A DNA stretch of 64,000 nucleotides from an uncultured delta proteobacterium (GTDB lineage: Bacteria; Desulfobacterota; Desulfobacteria; Desulfobacterales; Desulfatirhabdiaceae), in the NCBI GenBank assembly GCA_963789395.1, contig CAWBKP010000024.1, positions 160,001 through 224,000 on the forward strand. The letters run 5' to 3'. This document shows, piece by piece, positions 50,384 to 60,545 of the stretch; the first letter of the stretch is position 1; each line of letters opens with the position of its first letter. The notes beneath the pieces are model-generated. The model made no database searches, had not been told where the DNA came from, and worked only from the letters and a program-made list of their open reading frames with translations. The translations under genes were made by a program, and so were the position numbers.

Positions 50384-51079
50384 ATGTCTGTTTCAGCTAT
50401 TGTCGTTGCCGGAGGAAAGGGGATTCGAATGGGTGGGTCCACCCGCAAGCAGTATATGCTGCTGGCTGGCAAACCCATTGTCTGCCATACCCTGGATGTC
50501 TTCGATGCCTGTCCCGGGATTGATGAAATTATTCTGGTGGTTCCGCCCGATGACCTGTCTGTCTGTTCGGAAAAATGGCTGTCTTCCCTGACGCAGCATA
50601 AAAAGATACATCTTGTTGCAGGCGGCGTTGAACGGCAGGATTCGGTTTATCGTGGAATTCAGGCGGTTTCCGGCCGACAAGCTGAAATCGTGGTGATTCA
50701 CGATGCGGTTCGCCCCTTTATCTGTTCCCGAATGATTGCGGCATGTATCGGTGAGGCCCGGATTTCAGGCGCCTGCATTGTTGGCATGCCTGTCATGGAC
50801 ACGGCAAAGTTGGTGCTTTCGGGGCAAATTGAACGCACGCTGGATCGCAACACTATCTGGATGGCCCAGACGCCGCAGGCTTTTGACTTGAATCTGATCC
50901 GGACGGCCCATGAAAAGGCCGCATCGGACCGTTTCATTGGAACCGACGATGCCATGCTCGTTGAGCGGTTGGGGCGAAAAATCCGGATCATTCCGGGTTC
51001 CCGGATGAATATTAAAATTACAACACCCGAAGATCTGGCCCTTGCAGAGGGGATAATTCACCTGAAATTACATCATTGA
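50384..51079 (+). CDS. ispD: 2-C-methyl-D-erythritol 4-phosphate cytidylyltransferase
   Basis: VAGGKGIRMG..KQY, GGVERQDSV, IHDAVRPF, QTPQAF, TDDA, NIKITTPEDL. Confidence 0.96.
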   Translation: MSVSAIVVAGGKGIRMGGSTRKQYMLLAGKPIVCHTLDVFDACPGIDEIILVVPPDDLSVCSEKWLSSLTQHKKIHLVAGGVERQDSVYRGIQAVSGRQAEIVVIHDAVRPFICSRMIAACIGEARISGACIVGMPVMDTAKLVLSGQIERTLDRNTIWMAQTPQAFDLNLIRTAHEKAASDRFIGTDDAMLVERLGRKIRIIPGSRMNIKITTPEDLALAEGIIHLKLHH

Positions 51080-51133
51080 ATTGTTGGCTAATACGTGGAT
51101 CCAGGATGTTTCTGAAAAATGGAGGTTTTTTAT

Positions 51134-52750
51134 ATGACTGATTCGCATCCTCAGCCCAGCACCCAACAGCAGGCTGATTTTATCAAACAGCTGAAAACGA
51201 CTTTTGAAAAAATGCCCCATGACATCGAACTCTTATTGTTCACTGAAAAAGGCAGAGACGATGCGTTTGCCGAAGGTTCCCGGCAGATCGTGCGGGCGTT
51301 TCGTGAGCTGACGCCGCGAATCCGGCTGCGTGAATATAGTCTGGATCATGAAATGGCGGCAAAATATCAGGTCGAGCACTCCCCCACGCTTTTGATCGCA
51401 CCGGACAGATACGGTATCCGCTGGCTGGGTGCGCCCCTGGGCGAGGAAGCCAGAACATTTCTGGAAACCATTTTAATGGTGGGCTCCGGAGTGAGCGGTT
51501 TAAGCGAACAATCCAGAAAAGTCATAGAAAAAATCGATTCTGTCCGTCAGATCAAGGTGTTTGTCAGCCCCAGTTGCCCATACTGTCCGCAGCAGGCGGT
51601 CAATGCTGTAAAGGCCGTGATTGCAAAACCGGATTTGATATCACTTGAAATCATCGATATTCAGAGCCGGCCGGAAATTGCGCATCAGTACTCGGCGCAC
51701 AGCGTTCCGCAGGCTTTTGCCAATGATGTGCTGATCGGTATGGGCGCGCAATCCGAGGAAGTCTTTGCCCTTTCCCTGAGTCGGCTGGAACCACAGACTA
51801 TTTTTATACCCGACAGTGATGCGCAACTGGTTGAAACCGATCTGCTGATTGTGGGAGGCGGGCCTGCCGGACTGACGGCAGGAATTTATGCGGTTCGCAG
51901 CGGCCTGAAAACAGCCATTGTCGAGCGAAATGTCCTGGGCGGGCAGGTGGCCACCACGCCCGTTGTTGAAAATTACCCGGGATTTACCCAGGTCGGCGGT
52001 AAAACCCTGGTGGATATTCTGGTGACCCATGCCCTGGAGTATGTTCAGATTTTTCCGGGAGAAGAAGTCATTGACGTGGTTCGCGGAGAAGTGTTTGAAG
52101 TCACCACCGGCAGACGCAGATTCCAGGCCAAGACCATTCTATTGGCAACGGGTGCCAATCACAAACATCTGAATGTTCCCGGAGAGTCTCGTCTGTCCGG
52201 AAGAGGGGTCAGCTATTGCAGCACCTGTGACGGTCCCCTGTTCAAGGGCAGAAAAGTCGTCATCGTCGGCGGAGGCAACAGCGCGGTCACAGAGGCGCTT
52301 TATCTGCATCACATGGGTGTAGGGGTCACCCTGATTCACAGAAGGGACAGTCTGCGCGCCCAGGAGTTTCTGGTCAGGCAGCTGACTTCAAGCGAAATTC
52401 CCATTCTGTGGAATACAGAAATCACGGAAATAACCGGCAAGGAAAGGGTCGAATCCATCGCGCTGAAAAACACCCAGAGCGGCGAAACCAGTGTGCTTGC
52501 CGTCGATGGCGTCTTTCTTTCCATCGGATATGCCCCTGCCGTTGAACTGGCAAAAAAAACAGGAGTCGCCCTGACGCCGGACGGCTACATTCAGAAGGAC
52601 GCCAAGCATCGCACCAGCATCCCTGGAATTTATTCCGCCGGCGATGTTGAAGGCGGTTACAAACAGATCGTCACGGCCGCGGGTCAGGGCGCCGAAGCTG
52701 CCATGGCCATTTTTGAGGATATCATCAATCCTTACTGGCAGAAGGCCTAA
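51134..52750 (+). CDS. AhpF-like fusion: tandem thioredoxin-fold domains + thioredoxin reductase
   Basis: SCPYCP in the N-terminal domain; VGGGPAG, GVSYCSTCDG, VGGGNSA, HRR, AGD. Confidence 0.9.
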   Translation: MTDSHPQPSTQQQADFIKQLKTTFEKMPHDIELLLFTEKGRDDAFAEGSRQIVRAFRELTPRIRLREYSLDHEMAAKYQVEHSPTLLIAPDRYGIRWLGAPLGEEARTFLETILMVGSGVSGLSEQSRKVIEKIDSVRQIKVFVSPSCPYCPQQAVNAVKAVIAKPDLISLEIIDIQSRPEIAHQYSAHSVPQAFANDVLIGMGAQSEEVFALSLSRLEPQTIFIPDSDAQLVETDLLIVGGGPAGLTAGIYAVRSGLKTAIVERNVLGGQVATTPVVENYPGFTQVGGKTLVDILVTHALEYVQIFPGEEVIDVVRGEVFEVTTGRRRFQAKTILLATGANHKHLNVPGESRLSGRGVSYCSTCDGPLFKGRKVVIVGGGNSAVTEALYLHHMGVGVTLIHRRDSLRAQEFLVRQLTSSEIPILWNTEITEITGKERVESIALKNTQSGETSVLAVDGVFLSIGYAPAVELAKKTGVALTPDGYIQKDAKHRTSIPGIYSAGDVEGGYKQIVTAAGQGAEAAMAIFEDIINPYWQKA

Positions 52751-52845
52751 ATGACGTTTCATTGCCTGCCGGTTGCAGTTTATCCATTAGCCGATTGCTG
52801 TTAATATCAACACAAACCGTTATCCATATCACAAGGAGTGATTGC

Positions 52846-53194
52846 ATGAAAAAAAGAATCAGAAAAAAACTGAATTTGGGAGAATTTAAAGAAACAGGGT
52901 TTGAGATTTCCTGGAAACCCCAGGAAATCTCTGAAGCGGATTTTGACAAATTTATTCAAGAATTTCTGGATGCGATTGAGTCCAGAGGCCTTGTTTTCGG
53001 TGGCGGCTGTTCATCAGAGGATTCCTGGGAAGGAATCATTGCCAGAAACAAACGGTATTCCTCTCCGGATGCCGCGGACATGGAATTCGTTTCCGACTGG
53101 TTTAAAGCCCGAGTCCGATATCAAGGAATTTTCCGTGGGACATGAAATTGATTTATGGTATGCATCCGACTGCTGCTGTGATACCGATGCATAG
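52846..53194 (+). CDS. yggL: YggL (DUF469) family protein; 1-nt frameshift near 53110
   Basis: KRIRKKLNLGEFKETGF, IESRGLVFGGG. Removing one base gives WFKARSDIKEFSVGHEIDLWY. Confidence 0.82.
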
Positions 53195-53355
53195 AGGTGA
53201 CTGAACGGAAATCCCGGTGTACGCCGGTTGATATCACACATAAAATAATTGATCGTTGCTTCATATTTCGAATTTATTATCTATAGTGGTGATTTGGTTC
53301 AGGCACTGCTTTGGGACAGGTGAAGTCGGGGATTTTGGTCGAACTGCCTGGGGGA

Positions 53356-54599
53356 TCACTGGATGTCAATGGCGACCATCGCCACATCGTCGGCCTGGGA
53401 GGCACCGTTTTGGAACCGGGTGATGTCGTCAAACATCGCCTCGCAGAAATTCTGTGCCGAAGCATGCAGGTGACGGTGAATGGTATCGCGCAAGCGCCCA
53501 CGGCCGAACCGTTCATTCTCCGGGATTGACAGCGTCCGTCGCTCCGTCAGTGTACAGTACGATCCGGCTTTCGGGCGGAAGACTGACGTGCAATTCTTCC
53601 AGCAGGACATCGTTAAACAGGCCCAGGGCCTGCCCGTGGCCATTGCCCGGCAAAATCTCCGTTCCGTTCTTTTGAAAGAAAAAGGGAATTTCATGACCGG
53701 CGCGCACAAAGGTAAAATGGCGGCGGGCGCAGTCCAGTATACCGTAAATGACGGTAATAAATAGCCCTGCGGTATTCATGTCCAGCAAATGACGGTTAAC
53801 CTCGCCAAGCACAACGGCCGGCGGGGCCATGCGGGAGGCTTCGGCGCGCAGCAGGCTGCGCGCAAGGGCCATGAAGATCGCCGCCGGCACGCCCTTGTCG
53901 GAGACATCGCCGATCACGACTCCCAGACAGTTGTTCTTCAGGGTGATCAAGTCGTAAAGGTCGCCGCCCACGGCCCGTGCAGGGCGCATCATCACGCCCA
54001 GGTCAACCCCGGGAATCACCGGAAGGGTATGCGGCAGGATGCTCTCCTGAATTTCATGGGCCACCTGAAGTTCGCGCTCCAGCCTTTCCTTTTCAATGAT
54101 CTGAACCTGGGCTGCCTGCAGTTCGGCGTAGGCGGCTGCCAGCTGACGGTTTTTTTCCTGCAGCCCCTCAATGATCGCGTTGTCGGTGTCGCGAAGGCGC
54201 AGGCTGAACTGGCGTGTGATTTCAAATGCCAGATCTGGTTGGCGATGGAGCAAGGTGCGAAAAGTGGCATGACTAATTTTCAGCAGGCTGGTGCGGGATT
54301 TGGCACGAACGGTTGCCGATCTGCCATTTTTCAATGTCGAACATACTCATTTCGCCCAGGTAAGTTGCCGGGACCCCAGTCCTGCAGCAGCCGCTCATCT
54401 GCCGTGCCGTAAGCTTTAATGATTTCAAGATTTCCCATCGACGATGATATAGAGACAATCCCCAAATCGTTTTCATGAGAACAGGATCTGCCTGCTTCAA
54501 GCTGGACGAGCTGCATGACTTTCGCCCAGTTCCCTCAGGGCGTTTTCTTCAACCGTGTTAAAGAGGGATATCCGGCGTAAAGTATCGTTCGATGCTCAT
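53356..54599 (-). pseudogene. cNMP-binding domain + SpoIIE/PP2C phosphatase, broken by many 1-nt indels (error or decay)
   Basis: Fragments RRISLF, GDCLYII, LEIIKA, YLGEMS, RSATVRA, AHEIQESILP, VGGDLYD, GDVSDKG, RAGH, YTDG, ADDVA lie in shifting frames. Confidence 0.8.
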
Positions 54600-55177
54600 G
54601 GATCACCTGTTCAGAATGAAAATACGTCAATCATTCCTGCCTGGAAAAGACCAGAGTTTGGATGTGAGGACATTGTCCAGCAGCAGCATTTTGAACACTT
54701 CTCCAGGATCCTGAGGTTGCGGTTTGTTCAATGTGGATTGCATGCTGTCCTGATCTCGCATGGATGTGTCCATGAGGCACGCCTCTTATAGAATAAAAAC
54801 CTTCAGGGCTGAAGGGACTGAAAAAGGGAGTCGTTACTTGGGTAAGTGCCGCTTTGCATGAAAATTGTTAACCATAACCGGCCAAGGATGTCAAGTTGAT
54901 CATTTATGGATTTTGCGAAACAGTTAACGCTATTAGACGTTTCAAGGATCAATCCGGTCAAGGGCACTGGAAAATATCTTGCATTGAACCCTGTCAATAC
55001 GGTAGTGAAAGCCAGTATCAGAAAAAACAGCATATTTTTTATGGGTAAAATCCAGAATGAATTTGTTAAGGGTATCAAATCAAAAACACGACAAGAAAAA
55101 TTTTCTGTCAGGCCTGGTCCATTTCCTTGGATGATGCATGAAATGCCGTGCTTAAAGCTGTAAGGAGATCATCCGCT

Positions 55178-56272
55178 TTGAACCCATTTAAACGCAACCC
55201 GCCTTCCGGGTCTTCTTATGAATCGTTGAATCAGCTTCTGGGTGACTGTCGGCAGCAAGTTCAGACATTGCAGCGTGTTTCCAGTGCGATGGTTCTTTTA
55301 CTTAAAGAAATTCCAATGGATATCCCTGAAATTGATACAAAGGACTTTAATTGGCGGCTGGACCGGATCATGGAGGATATTCTGGATGAGGGAAGTGGTG
55401 ATGTTGCGGAAGAGGCAGTATCAGAACATAAACAACGTATTATTGAATTTTTTGGTCGCCAAAAAGAGCATATTCGTGAAAAAGAAGCCGAGTTTAAGAA
55501 TATTATCGAGCTACTGCGAAACGGCATGACCGGTCTGATCGGGGATACGCAGAAATTCAATCGCAGAATGCAGGATCAAAATGTCCGGATGGAGATTATC
55601 ACTCAGCTTGATGACATTCGAAAAATCAAGGAATCGCTGAAAACCGAAGTTGCCGAGATGAAGCAAATTATTCAGGAAAAGCAGGCCGGTGACTCCAGGC
55701 GGATCGAATCCCTGTCAAAAGAGGTTACCGTACTGCGGTCCAGCCTTGAGCAGGTAAAGGATGCCGCCTTGATTGACGCCATGACCGGTGCCTATATCCG
55801 TAAGACATTCGATGCGCGGGTGAGATGGGTTGTGAAACGAAGCGGGCTGGTCTGGAATCCGACATCCCTGCTGATGTGTGATCTGGATAATTTTAAAGAA
55901 ATCAATGATACTTACGGCCATCTCGTGGGGGATCATGTCTTGAAATGTTTTGTTCAGGAATGCAAAACCATGTTTCGAAGCGATGATTTTGTCGCGCGTT
56001 ACGGTGGCGAGGAGTTTGCGATCCTCCTTCCCGGAATAAGCCTCAGAAAGGCATTGAGCCGGGCTGCCTCATTCTGTAGATTGATATCGCTCAAACAATT
56101 CATGATGGAAGCGTTGCGGCCGGATGAACGGATCTGCTTTACCGTCAGCATAGGTGTCAGTGAACTGCGAAGGGAAGATACCCCGGATTCATTTGTCGAT
56201 CGCGCGGACAGAGCTCTTTACAAAGCAAAGCGAGCCGGCAAGAACCGTGCGGTCAGCGAAAATGAGATTTGA
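55178..56272 (+). CDS. Diguanylate cyclase (coiled-coil + GGDEF)
   Basis: DLDNFKEINDTYGHLVGD, RSDD I-site, RYGGEEF, SIG, AD.ALYKAK; TTG start after AAGGAG. Confidence 0.9.
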   Translation: MNPFKRNPPSGSSYESLNQLLGDCRQQVQTLQRVSSAMVLLLKEIPMDIPEIDTKDFNWRLDRIMEDILDEGSGDVAEEAVSEHKQRIIEFFGRQKEHIREKEAEFKNIIELLRNGMTGLIGDTQKFNRRMQDQNVRMEIITQLDDIRKIKESLKTEVAEMKQIIQEKQAGDSRRIESLSKEVTVLRSSLEQVKDAALIDAMTGAYIRKTFDARVRWVVKRSGLVWNPTSLLMCDLDNFKEINDTYGHLVGDHVLKCFVQECKTMFRSDDFVARYGGEEFAILLPGISLRKALSRAASFCRLISLKQFMMEALRPDERICFTVSIGVSELRREDTPDSFVDRADRALYKAKRAGKNRAVSENEI

Positions 56273-56306
56273 AAATGGTCGGGTTAAGGGTGAAAATTCT
56301 ATTTCC

Positions 56307-57458
56307 ATGAAGAAACATGACATTCAAAATAAGAATATCGATCAGGAACTTTGCGGCCTGCGGCAGCAAATCGATGCCATTGATGCGCAAATTGTCTCCC
56401 TGCTTGCTGATCGGCAGCAGGTCGTCCGCCATGTGGCAGGACTCAAAAAAAACCATAATCTTGCAGTCTATCATCCTGCTCGTGAAGAAGATCTGATTTC
56501 CAGGCGTCGGCAGCAGGCAAAGGCTGACGGACTGGACCCGGATTTTGTCGAGGAAATCTATCGAACCATTATCCGCCGGTCGCGCATTGCCCAAACCCGG
56601 AGCATGTCACTGAAATCATCTCGCCCCGATGGGGTGGTTCTTCTGGTGGGAGGGAAAGGCGGGATGGGCCGGTATTTTGAGGCGTGTTTTTCTCGGGCCG
56701 GATATCGGGTACGGATTCTGGACAAGGGAAACTGGCCGGATGCCTGCTCCTTGTGTGAGGGGATTGACCTTGCCATGATCGGCGTTCCCATCGATGTTTC
56801 CTGCCAGGTGATTCAAGATATCGGACCCTTTCTGCCGGCAAATGCCGTTCTGTGTGATATTACCAGCATCAAGGAGAAACCTCTGAAGGCCATGCTGAAA
56901 GCCCATGCCGGACCGGTGATCGGTCTGCATCCTTTGTTCGGGCCGACGACATCCAGTCTGGATAAACAGATCATCGTGGCTACTCCAGGAAGGGATGACG
57001 CCGCCTGCCAGTGGCTGTTGAATCAATTCACCATATGGGGTGGCGTCGTTGTCCTTTCCGACGCTCCGGAGCATGATGACATTATGGGGATTGTCCAGTC
57101 CCTGCGCCATTTTGCTACATTTGCCTTTGGCCAGTTTCTGAAAAGAAGGCGGGTTTCCCTTTCCAGAACCCTGGAGTTTTCCAGCCCCATTTACCGGTTG
57201 GAACTTGCCATGGTGGGCCGGCTTTTTGCGCAGGATTCCTCCCTGTATTCCGAGATCATCTTTGCATCCGAACAGCGCCGGGAGCTTTTGAAGGATTATC
57301 TGGCCTCACTTTGTGAAAACATAGAAATGCTGGAAAAAGGTGACAAGCACTTGTTTCGGAAGGAGTTTGAAAAAATCGCCGAATGGTTCGGGCCATTCAG
57401 CGAACAGGCCCTGCGGGAAAGCACGTTTCTGATTGATAAACTGATCGAACGGTTCTGA
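56307..57458 (+). CDS. tyrA: Bifunctional chorismate mutase / prephenate dehydrogenase
   Basis: LRQQIDAIDAQIVSLL..R, VGGKGGMG, DITSIK, GLHPLFGP, HDDIM..VQSLRHF, SSPIYRLEL..VGRLFAQD. Confidence 0.93.
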   Translation: MKKHDIQNKNIDQELCGLRQQIDAIDAQIVSLLADRQQVVRHVAGLKKNHNLAVYHPAREEDLISRRRQQAKADGLDPDFVEEIYRTIIRRSRIAQTRSMSLKSSRPDGVVLLVGGKGGMGRYFEACFSRAGYRVRILDKGNWPDACSLCEGIDLAMIGVPIDVSCQVIQDIGPFLPANAVLCDITSIKEKPLKAMLKAHAGPVIGLHPLFGPTTSSLDKQIIVATPGRDDAACQWLLNQFTIWGGVVVLSDAPEHDDIMGIVQSLRHFATFAFGQFLKRRRVSLSRTLEFSSPIYRLELAMVGRLFAQDSSLYSEIIFASEQRRELLKDYLASLCENIEMLEKGDKHLFRKEFEKIAEWFGPFSEQALRESTFLIDKLIERF

Positions 57459-57495
57459 TTTTCATGCGGTTGAAATAGCGGGTGTGTTGAACCTG

Positions 57496-58425
57496 TTATG
57501 GCTGGTTATCATCCGAGCGGGAAAGGAGCTCACAGACAAGATTGACCAGTCCCCAGATGGCGTCCGCCGAAAGATGCAGCTCAATGGACCGGTCAAAGAG
57601 AACGGAAATCCGGGGCGCAAATTCTTCATCACCCTTCCAGAGTAGAAAATACAAAGGGATTTTCGGAAACGGCCGGAGTTTATAGGAAATATCCGCCATT
57701 GTCAGCCGTATTCCTCCGAGTTTTTCGGCAGCCAGCCGGAACCCCTCAAAATCATGCCCGTAACGCTCCAGCAGCAGATGGGTTTTTATCTCATGCGGAC
57801 CCTGAAAAAACTGGGCATCTTTTAAATCCTGGACTGCGATCGTTTCATTGAAGAGCCAGCCGGGCTTGACCTGAAGCAGATAAACCAGAACCAGAAGCTC
57901 CAGAAGGGAATGATTGATCCTCTCCCAATGTCCGGCCTGTTTTAAAAAGCACCGGCGCTCAACAGGATGGATGCGAATTTCGGTATGCAGGAAATCCAGC
58001 GTCAGGGTTTCGGGGTCTTCCTGCCGCGCCAGGGCGATGCCACAGAGTTCGGATAAGTTTTTACGCTGAAGATCTTCCCAGAATTCCGCAGGCGCCTGAA
58101 TTTTCGTGCCTGAAGAAAAATCGGATTTCGGCCGGTCTTGACGCCTGCGTGCCTGCATCTCTAAAAATCCCTGACTGAAGGGATAAGGCCCCCGTGAAAA
58201 GTTCTCGCATGGAAAGGCGTCGCAGTCTCTGAGGCAATAAGCGATCTGATTCATCCTGGCGCAGGCCAGAATAGGGCAGGGCTGTCCCAGCAGTTTCTCC
58301 TGAACTTTGATTTTCCGGGCAGCCTCCGGGCTTGTGCCCGGCCCGCAAGTCGAGCACAAGCCCGTTACTTGAAGTCTGCACACATCGCAGTTGATGCCGC
58401 AGGCGGAAGTCGGCATATCGATCAT
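57496..58425 (-). CDS. Cys-rich N-terminal domain (DUF3795-like) + DUF3786-like domain protein
   Basis: ACGINCDVC..CSTC..CPILACA..YC..C..FPC, then FFQGPH, PFPKIP..LW.GDEEF..LFD. Confidence 0.7.
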   Translation of the reverse strand: MIDMPTSACGINCDVCRLQVTGLCSTCGPGTSPEAARKIKVQEKLLGQPCPILACARMNQIAYCLRDCDAFPCENFSRGPYPFSQGFLEMQARRRQDRPKSDFSSGTKIQAPAEFWEDLQRKNLSELCGIALARQEDPETLTLDFLHTEIRIHPVERRCFLKQAGHWERINHSLLELLVLVYLLQVKPGWLFNETIAVQDLKDAQFFQGPHEIKTHLLLERYGHDFEGFRLAAEKLGGIRLTMADISYKLRPFPKIPLYFLLWKGDEEFAPRISVLFDRSIELHLSADAIWGLVNLVCELLSRSDDNQP

Positions 58426-58573
58426 CTTTCGTCCTTGACGTCAAGGACAGGTTAATGTTTGACAGTTATTTCTCTATCACAAACATCTTGGCTTGTCCAA
58501 TGCAGACAAAGGTTAAAAAAACCTGAAAATATAGAATATTACAAGAAAACACATAGCAGCATGTGGAAAATCC

Positions 58574-58624
58574 TTGACATTTTATTTCCAATTGATAAAT
58601 AGGATCAATAATATCCTATTTATC
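58574..58624 (+). promoter_or_regulatory. Rrf2-cydAB promoter with 12-7-12 inverted repeat
   Basis: TTGACA at 58574; GATAAATAGGAT-caataat-ATCCTATTTATC at 58594-58624 overlaps the -10/+1 region. Confidence 0.75.
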
Positions 58625-58653
58625 TCATATGATTTCAAGACAAGGAATATTTC

Positions 58654-59109
58654 ATGCGACTGTCGCGTGCGGCTGAATATGCGGTTCGGTGTATGCTGTA
58701 TCTGTCGATTGCCGGAAAAGGCGTTTTGGTCAGCCGCCGGACGGTTGCCGGGGAAATGGATATTCCGGAACAGTTCCTGGGAAAAATTGCCCAGCAGCTG
58801 GCAAGGGCAGGGCTGATTGAAATCATTCAGGGTGCTAAAGGCGGGTTTCGCCTGATGGTAATACCAGCCGAACTGACCTTGCTGGCGGTGATTGAAGCGG
58901 TCATTGGGGAGATTTTTCTGAATGACTGTATTCTCAGGCCCGAGTCCTGCGACAGAAGCCCGGCCTGCAAGGTTCATGTCGTGTGGGAAAACGTGAGAAA
59001 TCAGCTCCGGGAATCCCTAAGGCAAGCAACATTTTCCGCATTGATGACGGAAGCCCCGGCGCTGGCGCCGGATTCGCATTTACGCAAACCCTGTTCACCC
59101 ACCCCATAA
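58654..59109 (+). CDS. Rrf2 family transcriptional regulator with three Cys
   Basis: EYAVR, IPEQFLGKIAQQL.RAGLI..GAKGGF, C-x6-C-x5-C. Confidence 0.92.
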   Translation: MRLSRAAEYAVRCMLYLSIAGKGVLVSRRTVAGEMDIPEQFLGKIAQQLARAGLIEIIQGAKGGFRLMVIPAELTLLAVIEAVIGEIFLNDCILRPESCDRSPACKVHVVWENVRNQLRESLRQATFSALMTEAPALAPDSHLRKPCSPTP

Positions 59110-59130
59110 CCCACGAAAAAGGAGCGTCTT

Positions 59131-60435
59131 ATGGATGTTGTATGGTTATCCCGATTGCAGTTTGCAGCCGCAACCATGTTTCATTATCTCTTTGTCCCTC
59201 TGACTCTTGGCCTTTCGATTTTACTGGCCTGGATGGAAACCCGTTATGTGCGAACCGGGGATGAAACCTATCTGAGGATGACAAAATTCTGGGGAAAGAT
59301 ATTTCTCATCAATTTTGCCCTTGGAATCGTCACCGGCATCACGCTGGAATTCCAGTTCGGCACCAACTGGTCCAGATATTCCGCCTATGTGGGAGATATT
59401 TTCGGATCGCTTCTGGCCATTGAGGCCACCGCAGCTTTTTTTCTGGAATCCACACTTATCGGCGTCTGGGTTTTCGGTTGGAAAAAACTGTCCGCCAAAG
59501 CGCACGCAACGGTGATGTGGCTGATTGCATTCGCATCCTCGTTGTCTGCTGTCTGGATTATCACCGCAAACGCCTGGATGCAGCATCCGGTCGGCTATAC
59601 CATTCGCGATGGCCGGGCCGAGCTGGTTGATTTTGCGGCGGTTATTTTTCAGAAATTCGCCATCATGGAATTCTTCCACACTGTCAGCGGGGCCTATATT
59701 CTGAGTGCTTTTTTTGTCATGGGGATCAGCGCCTATCACCTGTTGAAAAAACAGCATGTGGACTTTTTTACCCGCTCCTTTAACATTGCCATGGGTTTCG
59801 GGCTGGTATTTTCGCTGTTCATCATCGTTGAAGGTGATCTGCATGCCGTTGATCTGGCGATAAAACAGCCTGCCAAACTGGCGGCCATGGAATCGCACTG
59901 GGAAACCTCCGCAAATGCCCCGCTGTATCTCTTTGCCGTTCCGGATGAAAAAAACGAAAAGAACGCCGTACAATTCGGAGCAGTGCCCGGGCTGCTCAGT
60001 TTTCTGGCGTTTCGCGACACGCATGCCGTTGTCAAGGGGCTTAAGGACTTTCCCAGGGATGAGCGGCCGCCGGTTCTGCTGACCTCGATAGCCTTTAAAG
60101 CCATGGTGGGGCTCAGCATGTATTTTGCGCTGATGACGATTCTGGGATGGTTCAAACGCAATCGCCTGACGGAAAGCCCCCTGTATCTGAAACTGATGCT
60201 GTTTTCCATTCCGCTGCCTTACATTGCCAATGAACTGGGCTGGATGCTCGCTGAAGTCGGACGACAGCCCTGGATAGTCTATGGGCTGATGAAGACATCG
60301 GATGCCGCCTCCCCGGTTGCCGGATCCCAGGTGATGACGTCACTGGCGGCTTTTTTTCTGGTTTATGGACTTCTGGGCGCTGTCGGCGCCTATCTGATTG
60401 CATCCCATGTCAAAAAAGGGCCGGCGGAATCGTGA
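59131..60435 (+). CDS. cydA: Cytochrome bd ubiquinol oxidase subunit I
   Basis: LSRLQFA..FH, EFQFGTNWS, FFLES, NAWMQHP, QPAKLAAME, AEVGRQPW. Confidence 0.96.
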   Translation: MDVVWLSRLQFAAATMFHYLFVPLTLGLSILLAWMETRYVRTGDETYLRMTKFWGKIFLINFALGIVTGITLEFQFGTNWSRYSAYVGDIFGSLLAIEATAAFFLESTLIGVWVFGWKKLSAKAHATVMWLIAFASSLSAVWIITANAWMQHPVGYTIRDGRAELVDFAAVIFQKFAIMEFFHTVSGAYILSAFFVMGISAYHLLKKQHVDFFTRSFNIAMGFGLVFSLFIIVEGDLHAVDLAIKQPAKLAAMESHWETSANAPLYLFAVPDEKNEKNAVQFGAVPGLLSFLAFRDTHAVVKGLKDFPRDERPPVLLTSIAFKAMVGLSMYFALMTILGWFKRNRLTESPLYLKLMLFSIPLPYIANELGWMLAEVGRQPWIVYGLMKTSDAASPVAGSQVMTSLAAFFLVYGLLGAVGAYLIASHVKKGPAES

Positions 60436-60545
60436 TGCCATGTCAACACGAAACCTGAATCCGGTTTGTAACACACCAATACGGCTCTGAACAGCCTTTC
60501 AAATCAACATGCCTGCCCGGCAGGCAAGTATAACGGAGGACGATC

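Noticed and set aside
53510..53520. Selenocysteine readthrough at in-frame TGA codons of broken genes
   Set aside because: The protein continues in a different frame and no Cys is expected at these positions.
54627..54773. 48-aa minus-strand ORF upstream of the PP2C gene (MDTSMRDQ...)
   Set aside because: Weak RBS only, no recognisable domain, and it lies next to an error-rich region.
60436..60545. CydX/CydS-like small subunit between cydA and cydB
   Set aside because: Only short hydrophilic micro-ORFs and a small tgcctgcc/ggcaggca hairpin; no transmembrane peptide.
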